Shown here: positions 18,386 to 30,127 of the stretch, piece after piece
Numbering within the stretch: position 1 is the first letter of the stretch
How the letters are laid out: each line of letters begins with the position of its first letter
Origin: the human T2T-CHM13v2.0 reference genome, Homo sapiens
Direction: 5' to 3' (one strand)
Assembly: GCF_009914755.1 (NCBI RefSeq)
Contig: NC_060931.1
DNA: 64,000 bases
Notes under the pieces: generated by a model
Database searches by the model: none
What the model saw: the letters and a program-made list of their open reading frames with translations, nothing else
Told to the model about the DNA's origin: nothing
Made by a program: the position numbers and the translations under genes

Positions 18386-20174
18386 ACTAGGGAAAACAGG
18401 CATTTATCCAGTTTTCAAAGAGGTTCAAAAATTCCAAAAGATAGTCACTTATGTAGGGTATGTTCCAGAAGCTCTGTTTACAGAAGATTTGTTGCTTTAA
18501 AAGCAAGAAGGTTTTAAAATTGCTGAACAAAAATACAGGACTGTAATTATGATCATAAGTATGCTTGTGTGGATCTGAAACGTGGGAAACCATGCAGACT
18601 CTGATAGCAGCAAGATAATTACAGGCAGCATGCAGAATGTAATTGCAGGTGTGAATGCCAAGAACTAAGAGAAGCATGAACATATAAGGAATATAAAAAA
18701 AAAGTTAAGTCAAGGTGCTTGAAATAGCAGGTAAGGTAATTTAGGTTTCCATGGGGCAATTTCTAGAACAGTGGTAAGACATCAATCTGCTGAATTATTA
18801 ATTATATTTGAAAACCAAAGATCTAAAATATTAATTAAAAAGCAGGCTCTTTCCGTGGGCTGGAGTGGTCTGTATTTTCTTCAACCTATCCCCTGTGGTT
18901 AACATAAAAAGTAACAGAAAAATGATAATTTGAGAATTATCATAATAAGAAATATAACATTATTACATTTTATATATTAATGAATTTATAACATCCACTT
19001 TTAGTTAAAAAACCTTTTTTCTGTGTAAGCTCAGGTTTGCAAATATTATGAAATAGAAAAAAACTGCCAAATACTAGACATACTTTTTCCTATTTTATGT
19101 GTTTTTTAGTAATACTTATTATTTCTCCAAATAGTAAATATCAGTGAACTATTAATACTAGGAAATTCACAGAGAGAAGGACTCCATATTTGATTTTTGA
19201 CGCTTTTTTTGTCATTATATTTCACATATTTAGCTCAATCAAGCGAGATTGGAGTTTCTAGAATAGAAGTTGGAATCAAACGCAAAATGCAGACTTAGCT
19301 CTAAATCTGTTGCTTTTCTCTGTTCAGAACTCTATCAGTTCTATTCTAATGTTTCCCACTTGTTGATCAAACCCTCTCCAGTGCATTCACTTTTACACTA
19401 TTTGTGTTTCTTTAAGTCTTTTGGCTCCTTTTCATTCCTTCCATCATCAGGCTTGGAGTTGCTCCTGTTAAACCTTCAGCTCTAATGTTCCTCTCCACTA
19501 TGAGTGGAGACTTCCATGGTTCAGCTACCTTCTTGTACTTATGGCATACCTAAAGTAGCAACTCTAGTTATTATATCTTATGTTCTTTTCAAGTTTCCTT
19601 TTTCAGTAACCGCCAAATAACCTTCATTGTTAGTTCCTTTTCTGCCTAAATTAATATGTTGGTACTGAACTCATAATTTCCTCCCACTTACTGCTTCCTG
19701 TTGTTTCTTGTTACAATTCACTTACTAGTTATAAAATATTGAAGTTATTTTTTGTTCTGTCTCCCATTCTATCATTTTCTTTAATATCTGTTATTGATAC
19801 ATTATTTATTTACCAAATATCTCTCAGAATTAAAATCTAGTTCCTTTAAGAATTAGAAGTGTCTCCAGCTTTCCTAGTCTCTCTTTTGTTTTCACTGAAA
19901 GCGCTCTGCAAGTGTGTGGGGACTCAGTCAATAAGGCATCCATCATTTACACAAATTCATTCTTAGATCTTACTTTCTAATGCTTTGATTTTGACTTCAA
20001 GAGGTACTTTTAGGTTTATAACTTTATAGAAACAGAATAATAGTGGTTTCTAAACTAAATTATATCTTTTGCTGATATGTTAAGCTGAATTTTTGATTGG
20101 GAATTCTTGCAGTCAGAAATTGCAGAAAGTGCAATAGCAATTTGAATGGATGTTTGCAAGAAATAAATGGGGGA

Positions 20175-20920
20175 GGAGACAACATGGATAACCCTGGAAG
20201 ACATTATGTTAAGTGAAATATGCCAGGCACAGAAAGACGAATACTGCATAATCTCACTTACATGTGGAATCTTAAAAAGTCCAAATCATAGAAACAGAGA
20301 GTAGAATGGTAGTGACCGAGGGATGTGATAGGGAGGGGTTTCAGGAGATACTGGTTGGAGGATACAAAATTTCAGTTAGAAGGAATAAGTTCAGTAGATC
20401 TATTGTACAATATAGTGATCATAGTTAATAATGCATTCCATACTTAAGAATTGCTAAGAGAATAGATATGAAGTGTTCTCACACATTAAGAACACATGAA
20501 CACAGAGAGGGGAACAACACACAACAGGGCCTGTTGGGGGACGGAGAGTGAGGGGAGGGTACTTAGAGGATGTGTCAATAGGCGCAACAAACCACCGTGG
20601 CACATGTATACCTATGTAACAAACCTGCACATCTGCACATGTACCCTCCCCCCCCTTTTTTTTTTTAGAAGAAATAAATTTTTTTTTTTAAAAAAAGAAT
20701 GGTTAAACTAAGCTCTCTTCCAGCCAATCCGTAACCCATCTGAAATGCCAATGTGGTCAATAAACATTGTTTCACTAGCAAAAAAAATGTTATCATTACA
20801 AAAAATAAGTATATAAGGTAATGAATGTGTTAATCACCTTGATGTAGTCATTCCACAATGTGTACATATATTGAAACAGTGTAATTTACACTACAGTTAT
20901 ATGGAATTTTTGTTAATTTT
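20175..20920 (+). mobile_element. L1MA-type 3' end, interrupted at ~20483-20787 by a younger L1 insertion
   Basis: ACAACATGGATAACCCTGGAAGACATTATGTTAAGTGAAATA...AATTGCTAAGAGAATAGAT, resuming after 20787 with ...GTCATTCCACAATGTGTACATATA. Confidence 0.8.
20487..20696 (+). mobile_element. L1PA13-like 3' end fragment
   Basis: GAACACATGAACACAGAGAGGGGAACAACACAC...GTAACAAACCTGCACATCTGCACATGTACCC...TTTTTAGAAGAAATAAA. Confidence 0.75.
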
Positions 20921-20933
20921 TTTAAAAAGGTGG

Positions 20934-21012
20934 GGCCGGGCACAGTGGCCATTGCACTCCAGCCTGGGTGAGAGAGCAAAACTCCATCTCAAAAAAAAAA
21001 AAAAAAAAAAAA
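20934..21012 (+). mobile_element. Mini-Alu: 5' 16 nt fused to 3' terminal ~41 nt plus A22 tail
   Basis: GGCCGGGCACAGTGGC|CATTGCACTCCAGCCTGGG...CATCTC(A)22; TSD AAAAAGGTGG at 20924-20933 and 21008-21017. Confidence 0.9.
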
Positions 21013-21438
21013 GGTGGTATACCCTTTCTATCTCTCTTTCTCTCTCTCTCACACACACACATTTTCACCTTCTCCCTTGTTGTTCAGAAATGTCCATTCC
21101 AAAGCAATTAAATAAATAATGTACAGTCTAACTCATGCCTAATTCTGAGGGATCCTAAAACAAAAGCAGCAAGTGACCTGTGGATTGTTTTGCTCAACAT
21201 TAAAAAAAGTAACTTAAAAAGTGTTTTTACCCTTTAGCTAAAATGTTTGTGTAAACAGAGCATTCAGTCCAAGGGTTGGTGAATTACCTAAAGGTATTAA
21301 ACACATTATCCAATATGTCAATAATTGTTATGTGTTGTGTCATACATTATGGTGGCAATACATTATCCATCAGTGTGATATGTATGATACTTTTTTAGCC
21401 AACTGTGCCGTTCTTTTTTTCTTTCCATTTTTCTGTAG

Positions 21439-21477
21439 GATGTTCCAAACACCAGACAGAACAGATCCCAGTAGAAT
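21439..21477 (+). other. Candidate 39-nt internal exon of an unidentified transcript
   Basis: Long polypyrimidine tract + TGTAG acceptor; AAT|GTAAGT donor; non-repeat sequence. Confidence 0.4.
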
Positions 21478-23585
21478 GTAAGTCAGCAAGACTGGCAGGA
21501 ATAACTGCAATAAAGCTAAGCTCAAGTAGGGACTTTTGTAATCTAAAAGCCATTCTCTCTCATTTACCTTTATGGAGCCCTGTGTTAACAGATAAGTCCC
21601 AAAACTTTCCTTAGGCCTATATTTGGTAGACCTGGCACTGAAAGTTTATGAGGTAGTGGGAATGGACATGGTCAGGCTGGTTGACCATGGTCACAGCATG
21701 GTGCCAATCTCTTACGTACTTATGCAGGTAGTCAGGGCATCTTGGCTTAGAGGTTGCAATTTTTTTGAGGATCATTTGCCTGGTGTACTTTGAGCAGCAG
21801 CTAAGGAGAAAAGGAAATGGACTTCCCTGTCACCAGCCAGGGCACAGCACTTTGGTTTGACCCCTAGTGAGAAAGGGTAGACTGTGTGCACACATGAACT
21901 GAGTTGCAAGATGGGGCCCCAAGTGTGCCTGTGAGGATCTACACTCTCCCAGCAACAAATAGAAAACACCATGAAAGCTTGAGAGGCAGAAGAAGAAAGG
22001 AACACGTTTGATATTTCAGTACACTTAATGGCACTTTTTCTTGCTTTCTGAATAAGAAACCAAGCATTTCCATTTTTCACTGGGAGCCACCAATTATATA
22101 GCTGGCCGTGGGCATGGATGTCAAGTTTCAAGTAGGATTTTATATTTAATGTTTTTTCTTGTCTATTAGGTAGTTATAGTGTCAAGATTTACTCAAACTT
22201 TTAACACTTTCTCTCTACCTCACTCATCCGGAGTATAAAAAGGAAGTACAGTTCATGGAACAAGAAAAGGCAATCAAACCAGAGAAAGAGCCTCTAAGTA
22301 TCCACTATGGGAAGGGACAACTGTAACTGGTCTACCATTAAGTTTATCTATTTGGCTAATATTTGAGGGGCGTTGATGAATGAAGGTAAAAAGCTGATGA
22401 CAAAGTCTCCAGACAGATTCACAATGGTATGCCATGGTATACATGATGGTCCTGTGGCAGGTGGCCTTGCTCTGCAGAGGTATTCTTTGGATATTTGTCC
22501 ACTAGGGGAGAAAAGTGAGTGTGGGTCGTTATTAATGAAAATACCTGAAATCAAAAGTGTAGTTGCATAAATATGGAGGTATTTGGGGAGGAATATATAA
22601 TAATGTTAGTGAAAAGTCTGGGTTTGGAAAAAGAAATAATTACTTCTTTTGGCTAGTGATATTTGGAATTTTGTTAGACCATCATTTGGAATGAAATTTC
22701 ACATTTGGAATGAACCTTCTGCTGTGGTAAAGAATTATAGACTTAAGAAACAAATCGATGGTTGGGTTATGTTGATTTGGTTTGCACACTGGGACACTGT
22801 GAAATAGCTTCCCTAAAACCTTAATTTTGTTTTGTAATGCTGACTGTAATGAGTACCATGAAAGGGAGGGAATTGTGTTAGATTCATTATAGTGTTGCCC
22901 AACACAATTGCAAGCTTGGCTTGGAAATCTAAAAAGAGCTTGATGATCCCTAGGGCTGAGAGTTTTGTTTGTTTGTTTTAGAAGAGGACTTGTTGGCCTC
23001 CTCCCTGACCTGCTTGCACATTGAATATATCTTTCTCCGTCTTTATGTCACGGGAGAGACTTGGGTAACCGTATTTTTAAGCAACATAGAATAATTCTGT
23101 TTACAGTTTGAATACAATTCTGCCTTTTTTAATGCTTTATGTTTGTTTTTGAATGAGTTATGGTCTAGAATTTGCTTAGAATTTGGAGTATTTTAATATT
23201 TTAAGATCCTACAGATAACAGGCCTTCAAAGATATTTGTTAAGTTTAAATACATATGCAGAAAATTCCATGCTTTTAATCCAAATAGCACAGGAGACGTA
23301 AAATTAAATTTCTATTACTGAGAAAAAGAAGACAATAATTTTAAAACATATAAAGTCTGTATATAGCACATTGAATAGATATTAATAAAATAATTGTTTT
23401 AACTGATTTATTTTAGCTAAGATAAAATGTGATCAGTCTATATAGATGATATTGTAAAATTTAACCTGTGTTGAAAGTTATATAAAATATTTTTTGAATC
23501 AATATTTCTTTGGCAAAACCATTATTGTATGCTGTTAGACGACATGGCCTAAGAATCTCTTGTTCCCTAAATATTTATTCACCCT

Positions 23586-23752
23586 GTTTTTTGTTTGTTT
23601 GTTTTTCTTAGAGTTCTAGCTCTGTTGCCCAGGCTGAATTGCAGTGGCGTGATCATAGCTCACTGAAGCCTCGAACTCCTGGGCTCTAGCTATCCTACCA
23701 CCTTAACCTCCCAAGTAGCTGGAACTACAGGCACGTGCCAGCACACTGAGCT
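23586..23752 (-). mobile_element. Alu monomer (FRAM/AluJ right-arm type)
   Basis: Single reverse Alu arm, GATCATAGCTCACTGAAGCCTCGAACTCCTGGGCTC. Confidence 0.8.
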
Positions 23753-24654
23753 TCACCTTATTCTTTAGGCTTAAAACACTTAATAGTGGAAACATAGAAA
23801 CAACTTCCATTCCATGATTTTTTTTACCTTTGAACAATGTATACTGAGAAAAGGACATATTGGTTGAATTCATGGTCTGTATATATAACTGACACATTTT
23901 GATCAAGAAAGAATAAGGAAACTGGGCAGAGGGAATTTTGACCCCAAAGGAAAGGAGAGAAAAAGGCTGTAAAAGTTACTGAAGACAAACTGCCTATTTC
24001 ATAATTTCCTCCTGACTCTTAAATTCAGAAAGTCAGGTGACAAGACTTTAATGGAGTATTCATTCTCATTCTTATGTGATAAAATATTATAATCCACTAG
24101 GGGCCCTCTTAATCACTACGTGATATGCTTTATGAAACAAATCCTCTAATCTCTCTCAAAAGGGCTAGAGGAAATAAAATAACCCACAAATTCCACTTTG
24201 AGATTAGTGGCCTTTTTTTATAATTAAAAATATCTTGAGGAGTGAGATTAAATGAACCGCTTCTCAATTAAAATGTGCAAGTATTACTTTACTAGGTTAT
24301 GAATGACTTTAATATCCCTCAAAGCATTGATGCATTCAGATCATTGGCTGCATATGAACTTCTGACTTTCTAGTTTAATAACAGGAGTGCCAGAACATGT
24401 CTTACAGTGATTGACTTCTCTGAGGGGCTATAAAAACAAAGTCAATTCAATGGAAGTCTTTGGGACCTATTGTTTGCTACACTCTGTAGATCTAGGGTTC
24501 TCACCCTGTGATCTGTGAGTATGTTTCAGCAAGTCAATAAACACTGTAAAAGAGCGTGCAGTATTTGGTGTGTATGTGCTGGTGCTGGGGTGACAGCACA
24601 GGTTTCATCAGTCACTTAGAGAGTGATTCATAACTAAAACAAGTAGACGCATGA

Positions 24655-24883
24655 CAGCATGGTTTCTCAGTCTTAGCACTGTTGACATTCGGTGTCGGGT
24701 AATTTTTGTGGTGGGAGTTGTCCTGTGTGTTTTAAGATGGTAGGATGTTTACTAGCATCCCAGACCCTTAACAATTAGGTGTCAGTAGCCGCTGTTCCCT
24801 ATACTAACCAGTTTGGGCCAAAAACAGGCTCCACATGTGGCCAAACCTTTCTCAAGAGAAATCATCCCAGGTTGAGAACCACT
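24655..24883. mobile_element. MER20 hAT-Charlie DNA transposon
   Basis: CAGCATGGTTTCTCAGTCTTAGCACTGTTGACATT...GGTTGAGAACCACT termini. Confidence 0.75.
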
Positions 24884-25511
24884 ACACTACAGTACAGATA
24901 TTATAATACATAGAGGTATATATTTTTTACTGGCATATAACATTTTATTTTATTCTTACCACATCTTGTGACACATATAATTCCAGCAGGCAACTGTATT
25001 TATCCCTAAATAAGCATAGTAAAAATGCAACCATTTATTGTTCTTTGCCTTAGAGTAGAAGAGAAGGTAGACACAATCATATGGCTTACCACTAAGCCTT
25101 GAATTATAAAGTAGTCAATTTTGAAGCAAAAGAGATTTCAGTCTTAGTTTCCCCATTTTTACACAAGTGCCTTTGAAAATGTCCTGGATGGATCTTAGTA
25201 TCTTCATCTATGAAAGGTTATTCATATTAATTAAGCCTATGTCATAGGGTGTTTCAGCATCAAATAAGATCCTGGGTATAAAAATGTTCTGTAAACTGTA
25301 AAGTGCTTTTGAAACATAAGGTGGCATAATTAAAAGACTGTGGAGAGTGGCAGGAAAAGCGAACTCTCTCTCAATATGTTCCCTCTCAATAAATACATGT
25401 GGAGGGAACCCCAAAGTGGAAGGTACCCACTTTTCAATGTGGTCAGAATGACCCATACACTGTTGAGTTAATTCATTTTATCTCACTGTTAAATTTACCC
25501 TTCCTCTATGT

Positions 25512-25814
25512 TTTTTGTTTGTTTGTTTGTTTTTGATGGAGTCTCACTCTGTCACCGAGGCTGGAGTGCAGTGGCGTGATCTCGGCTCATTGCAGCCTAT
25601 GCCTCATGGATCCAAGTGATTCTCCTGCCTCAGCCTCCTGAGTAGTTGGGACTACAGGTGCACATCACCACAGCGAGTTAATTTTTGTATTTTTAGTAGA
25701 AACAGAGTTTCCTCATATTGGCTAGGCTGGTCTCGAACTCCTGACCTCAAGTGCTCCACCCACCTCGGCATCCCAAATTTCTGGGGTTACAGGCATTGGC
25801 CACCATGCCTGGCC
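25512..25814 (-). mobile_element. AluS SINE
   Basis: Full dimer; TSD CCTTCCT(C/G)TATGTT. Confidence 0.93.
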
Positions 25815-26746
25815 CCTTCCTGTATGTTCTATAATACTAAATTGTGTGTATAGAGTATTACAACTATATTATTTATAAATAGGTCAAATCACATTTTTTT
25901 TCAGTTTATATTCAAAGGTGTTTTAACAATAGAATCATGAGCAAAAATTTTAGAGACCTCCATCCTGGAAAACAGTGTTCTGGAGAACAGTGTGAGTCTT
26001 GTGGCTTGTGGGAGTACTTTTTTATTTACATGATTTCAAATTATTGCATTAGCTGCTAAAAAAATAAACTAGGGCTTCTCAAGTTGGATGAGCATCAGGA
26101 TCACCTGCAGAAGTCTGTTAAAATTTGACGGTCTTTGCACAGCCCTAGATCTGCTAAATCAATTCCAGTATCTCCATGAAACCCAGCATCCATGCAAACA
26201 TGATAAGAAGTGACTTAAACCCTTAGCAGTTAATAAGCTAGCTACTAATTATTGTCTTTACAAATTTAACAAATATAGGTAGGAGTATTTAGGAAGATTT
26301 CCAGAACAGAGGAAAGAGATACAGATAGAAATGTAGAAAGAAAAGGTTATATTTCTAGTAGCATTTTTCTAGAACAATCTCTGGCCTTTGTATTTATCTT
26401 TATATATAACTTTAGACTCTGTACTGTAAAAAATTAACACCTTATTTCTTTTTTGCCCCTATGCTATGGATTTTCAAATATTGGAGAATTAGAAAATGCT
26501 ATGAATTATCGTTTTTATTATTCCTTGTAGTCTTTTATCTTTAGTGAGAACTATTCTTTAGGTACTGCAGAGATTTTATAGCTTGTCACGGTTTCTACTA
26601 TATTAAGAATCAAGTCTAACAAAATCAGAATAGATGCTAAGCCTGGAAACCCACAGGAAACATGTTATTCTTCAGTATTTGCAAAGCACTGATAAAAACA
26701 TCTCTCTTCTCTCAATCTTGCTTCCTTCTTTTCATTTACTAAATAG

Positions 26747-26824
26747 GCTTTTGAGCCTCACAAGACTTTGAGATTTTATGGATATGAAACCTGCTATCAT
26801 TTAGCATCCTGCCTCTGGGAATAG
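26747..26824 (+). other. Candidate 78-nt exon, probably non-coding (stop in all three frames)
   Basis: Pyrimidine tract + AATAG acceptor; near-consensus donor TAG|GTGAGT. Confidence 0.45.
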
Positions 26825-27157
26825 GTGAGTAGTGTTACCTTTGATAGAAGAGCTAGATCATTCTGTAATGATGAATAAAGATTTTCTGGGTAATTGGAAT
26901 TCAAGGGCAGGATTTTCATATATGTGGCTGTACCACAGAAAAGCTGTATGTCAGTGGGTTCTTATCTGTTTGTGTTATTTTTTAGATGAAAACATTTGGC
27001 CCAGTGGTGTTAATTTGCTGCATTATTTAAGAATATTCTATTTTATCCATTGAAAATAAGAGAAATTAATAAGGTAGGTGAAATGGATTATAGAAGTATG
27101 TAGCTTGTGAGATATATTGACAGAAAGAAAGTAACACATATAAATAAGAAGGAATGG

Positions 27158-28934
27158 TCCCTCTCCCTCTCCCTCTCCCTCTCCGTCTCCCTCTCCGTCT
27201 CCCTCTCCCTCTCCCCTCTTTCCATGGTCTCCCTCTGATGCCGAGCAGAAGCTGGACTGTACTGCTGCCATCTCGGCTCACTGCAACCTCCCTGCCTGAT
27301 TCTCCTGCCTCAGCCTGCCCAGTGCCTGCGATTGCAGGCGCGCGCCGCCACGCCTGACTGGTTTTCGTATTTTTTGGGTGGAGACGGGGTTTCCCTGTGT
27401 TGGCCGGGCTGGTCTCCAGCTCCTAACCGCGAGTGATCCGCCAGCCTCCGCCTCCCGAGGTGCCCGGATTGCAGACGGAGTCTCCTTCACTCAGTGCTCA
27501 ATGGTGCCCAGGCTGGAGTGCAGTGGTGTGATCTCGGCTCGCTACAACATCCACCTCCCAGCAGCCTGCCTTGGCCTCCCAAAGTGCCGAGATTGCAGCC
27601 TCTGCCCGGCCGCCACCCCGTCTGGGAAGTGAGGAGCGTCTCTGCCTGGCCGCCCATCGTCTGGGATGTGAGGAGCCCCTCTGCCTGGCTGCCCAGTCTG
27701 GAAAGTGAGGAGCATCTCTGCCCAGCCGCCATCCCATCTAGGAAGTGAGGAGCGCCTCTTCCCGGCTGCCATCCCATCTAGGAAGTGAGGAGCGTCTCTG
27801 CCCGGCCGCCCATCGTCTGAGATGTGGGGAGTGCCTCTGCCCTGTCGCCCCGTCCGGGATGTGAGGAGCGTCTCTGCCCGGCCGCCCCGTCTGAGAAGTG
27901 AGGAGACCCTCTGCCTGGCAACCGCCCTGTCTGAGAAGTGAGGAGCCCCTCCGCCCAGCAGCTGCCCCGTCTGAGAAGTGAGGAGCCTCTCCGCCCGGCA
28001 GCCACCCCGTCTGGGAAGTGAGGAGCGTCTCCGCCCGGCAGCCACCCCGTCCGGGAGGGAGGTTGGGGGGTCAGCCCCCCGCCCGGCCAGCCGCCCCCTC
28101 CGGGAGGTGAGGGGCACCTCTGCCCGGCCGCCCCTACTGGGAAGTGAGGAGCCCCTCTGCCTGGCCGCCCGCCCCGTCCAGGAGGGAGGTGGGGGGGTCA
28201 GCCCCCCGCCCGGCCAGCCGCCCCGACCGGGAGGGAGGTGGGGGGGTCAGCCCCCCGCCCAGCCAGCCGCCCTGTCCAGGAGGGAGGTGGGGGGGTCAGC
28301 CACCCGCCCGGCCAGCCACCCCGTCCGGGACGTGAGGGCTGCCTCTGCCCGGCCGCCCCTACTGGGAAGTGAGGAGCCCCTCTGCCCGGCCACCACCCCG
28401 TCTGGGAGGTGTACCCAACAGCTCATTGAGAACGGGCCATGATGACAATGGCAGTTTTGTGGAATAGAAAGGGGGGAAAGGTGGGGAAAAGATTGAGAAA
28501 TCGGATGGTTGCCGTGTCTGTGTAGAAAGAGGTAGACATGGGAGACTTTTCATTTTGTTCTGTACTAAGAAAAATTCTTCTGCCTTGGGATCCTGTTGAT
28601 CTGTGACCTTACCCCCAACCCTGTGCTCTCTGAAACATGTGCTGTGTCCACTCAGGGTTAAATGGATTAAGGGCGGTGCAAGATGTGCTTTGTTAAACAG
28701 AGGCTTGAAGGCAGCATGCTCCTTAAGAGTCATCACCACTCCCTAATCTCAAGTACCCAGGGACACAAACACTGCGGAAGGCCGCAGGGTCCTCTGCCTA
28801 GGAAAACCAGAGACCTTTGTTCACTTGTTTATCTGCTGACCTTCCCTCCACTATTGTCCTGTGACCCTGCCAAATCCCCCTCTGCGAGAAACACCCAAGA
28901 ATGATCAATAAAAAAATAAATAAATAAATAAATA
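27158..28934 (+). mobile_element. Full-length SVA retrotransposon (probably SVA_C/D type)
   Basis: (CCCTCT)n hexamer head, antisense Alu-like domain, GC-rich VNTR (~27600-28410), SINE-R (HERV-K env/LTR), AATAAA and (AAAT)n tail; TSD AAGAAGGAATGG at 27146-27157 and 28935-28946. Confidence 0.98.
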
Positions 28935-28950
28935 AAGAAGGAATGGAAGG

Positions 28951-29414
28951 TATTATGGGTTGAATTGTGTCCCCCAAATTCATATATTGGGGTCTTAACC
29001 CCCAGTATCACAGAATGTGACCTTGTTTAGAATTAGTGGTGTTGCAGATGTAAATGGTTAAGATGACATCATACTGGAGTAGGGTGAGCTCCTAATCCAA
29101 TATGACTTGGTGTCCTTATAAAAAAAGAAATTTGGACACAGACATGCACAGAGGGATAACGGCATGTGAAGATGAAGACAGAGATTGGGGTGATGTAGCA
29201 GAAGCCAAGGAATGCAAAAGATTGCAAGCAGACCACCAGATGCTAGGATGGAGATGTGGGATAGATTCTCCTTGAAAGCTCTGAGCAGGAATCAATGCTG
29301 TGGACATATTGACTTCAGACTTCTAGTCTCCAAAACTTTGAAACAGTAAACTTCTGTTGTTGAAGCCACATAATTCATGGTACCCAGTTATGGCAGCTCT
29401 AGCAAACTAATCCA
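28951..29414 (+). mobile_element. MLT1C-type MaLR solo LTR
   Basis: TATTATGGGTTGAATTGTGTCCCCCAAA...GCAGCTCTAGCAAACTAATCCA; 5-bp TSD GAAGG at 28946-28950 and 29415-29419. Confidence 0.88.
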
Positions 29415-29812
29415 GAAGGACTTAGGCACAAAATGTTCATGAGGAATTCAGGACAAATGCATGTGGCTTAAGTAGGATTCAGTAAGTGCTTATACCCTGT
29501 GCAAAGTGTATTAATTTACCTATCTCTTTCCTGTTGATTTTTGTTGTGTGTTTAAGATTGACTCAATAAGCTGTGTGATGTAAGCATTTCAATTTGGTTT
29601 GTGAAACTTCCTGTTTCATGACATGCAGATTAGCTTGCAAGATCGTATACTTAGAAGCTTTTTGTCACATTAGTGCCATATCCCAAGTTCATAAGACCTT
29701 TAGAACCTCAAATCTAGTTGTTTTTGCACTCCTCAAAGTACTGTGTGGATCTTTATGAAAACTGTAATATTTCCTTATATTTAAGTTTTGTTATAATAGA
29801 AAACAGGTTTAA

Positions 29813-30127
29813 GGCTGAGTGCAATGGCTCATAGCTGTAATCCCAGCACTTTGGGAAGCCAAGGTGGGAGGATTGCTTGAGGCCAGGTGTTTGATACCAG
29901 CCTGGGCAACATAGCAGCAAGACCCTGTCTCTACAGACAAAATTAAAAAAATAAATTAGCTGGGTATGGTGGCACATGCCTCTAGTCCCAGCTACTCTGG
30001 AGGCCAAGGTGGAAGGATTGTTTGAGACCAGGAGTTCAATCAAGGTTGCAGTGAGCCATAATCGTGACACTGCATCCTTTTTCAAAAAAAAAAAAAAGAA
30101 AGATAAAGATGGAAGGAAGGAAGGAAA
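29813..30127 (+). mobile_element. AluJ SINE with deleted 3' segment and purine-rich tail
   Basis: AluJ diagnostics; TSD AGAAAACAGGTTTAA at 29798-29812 and 30128-30142. Confidence 0.88.

Noticed and set aside
27154-28904. Many overlapping Pro/Arg/Gly-rich ORFs, and VNTR units resembling a CRISPR-like array
   Set aside because: These are SVA hexamer, Alu-like and VNTR sequence: GC-rich tandem units with no unique spacers, in a eukaryotic context with no cas genes
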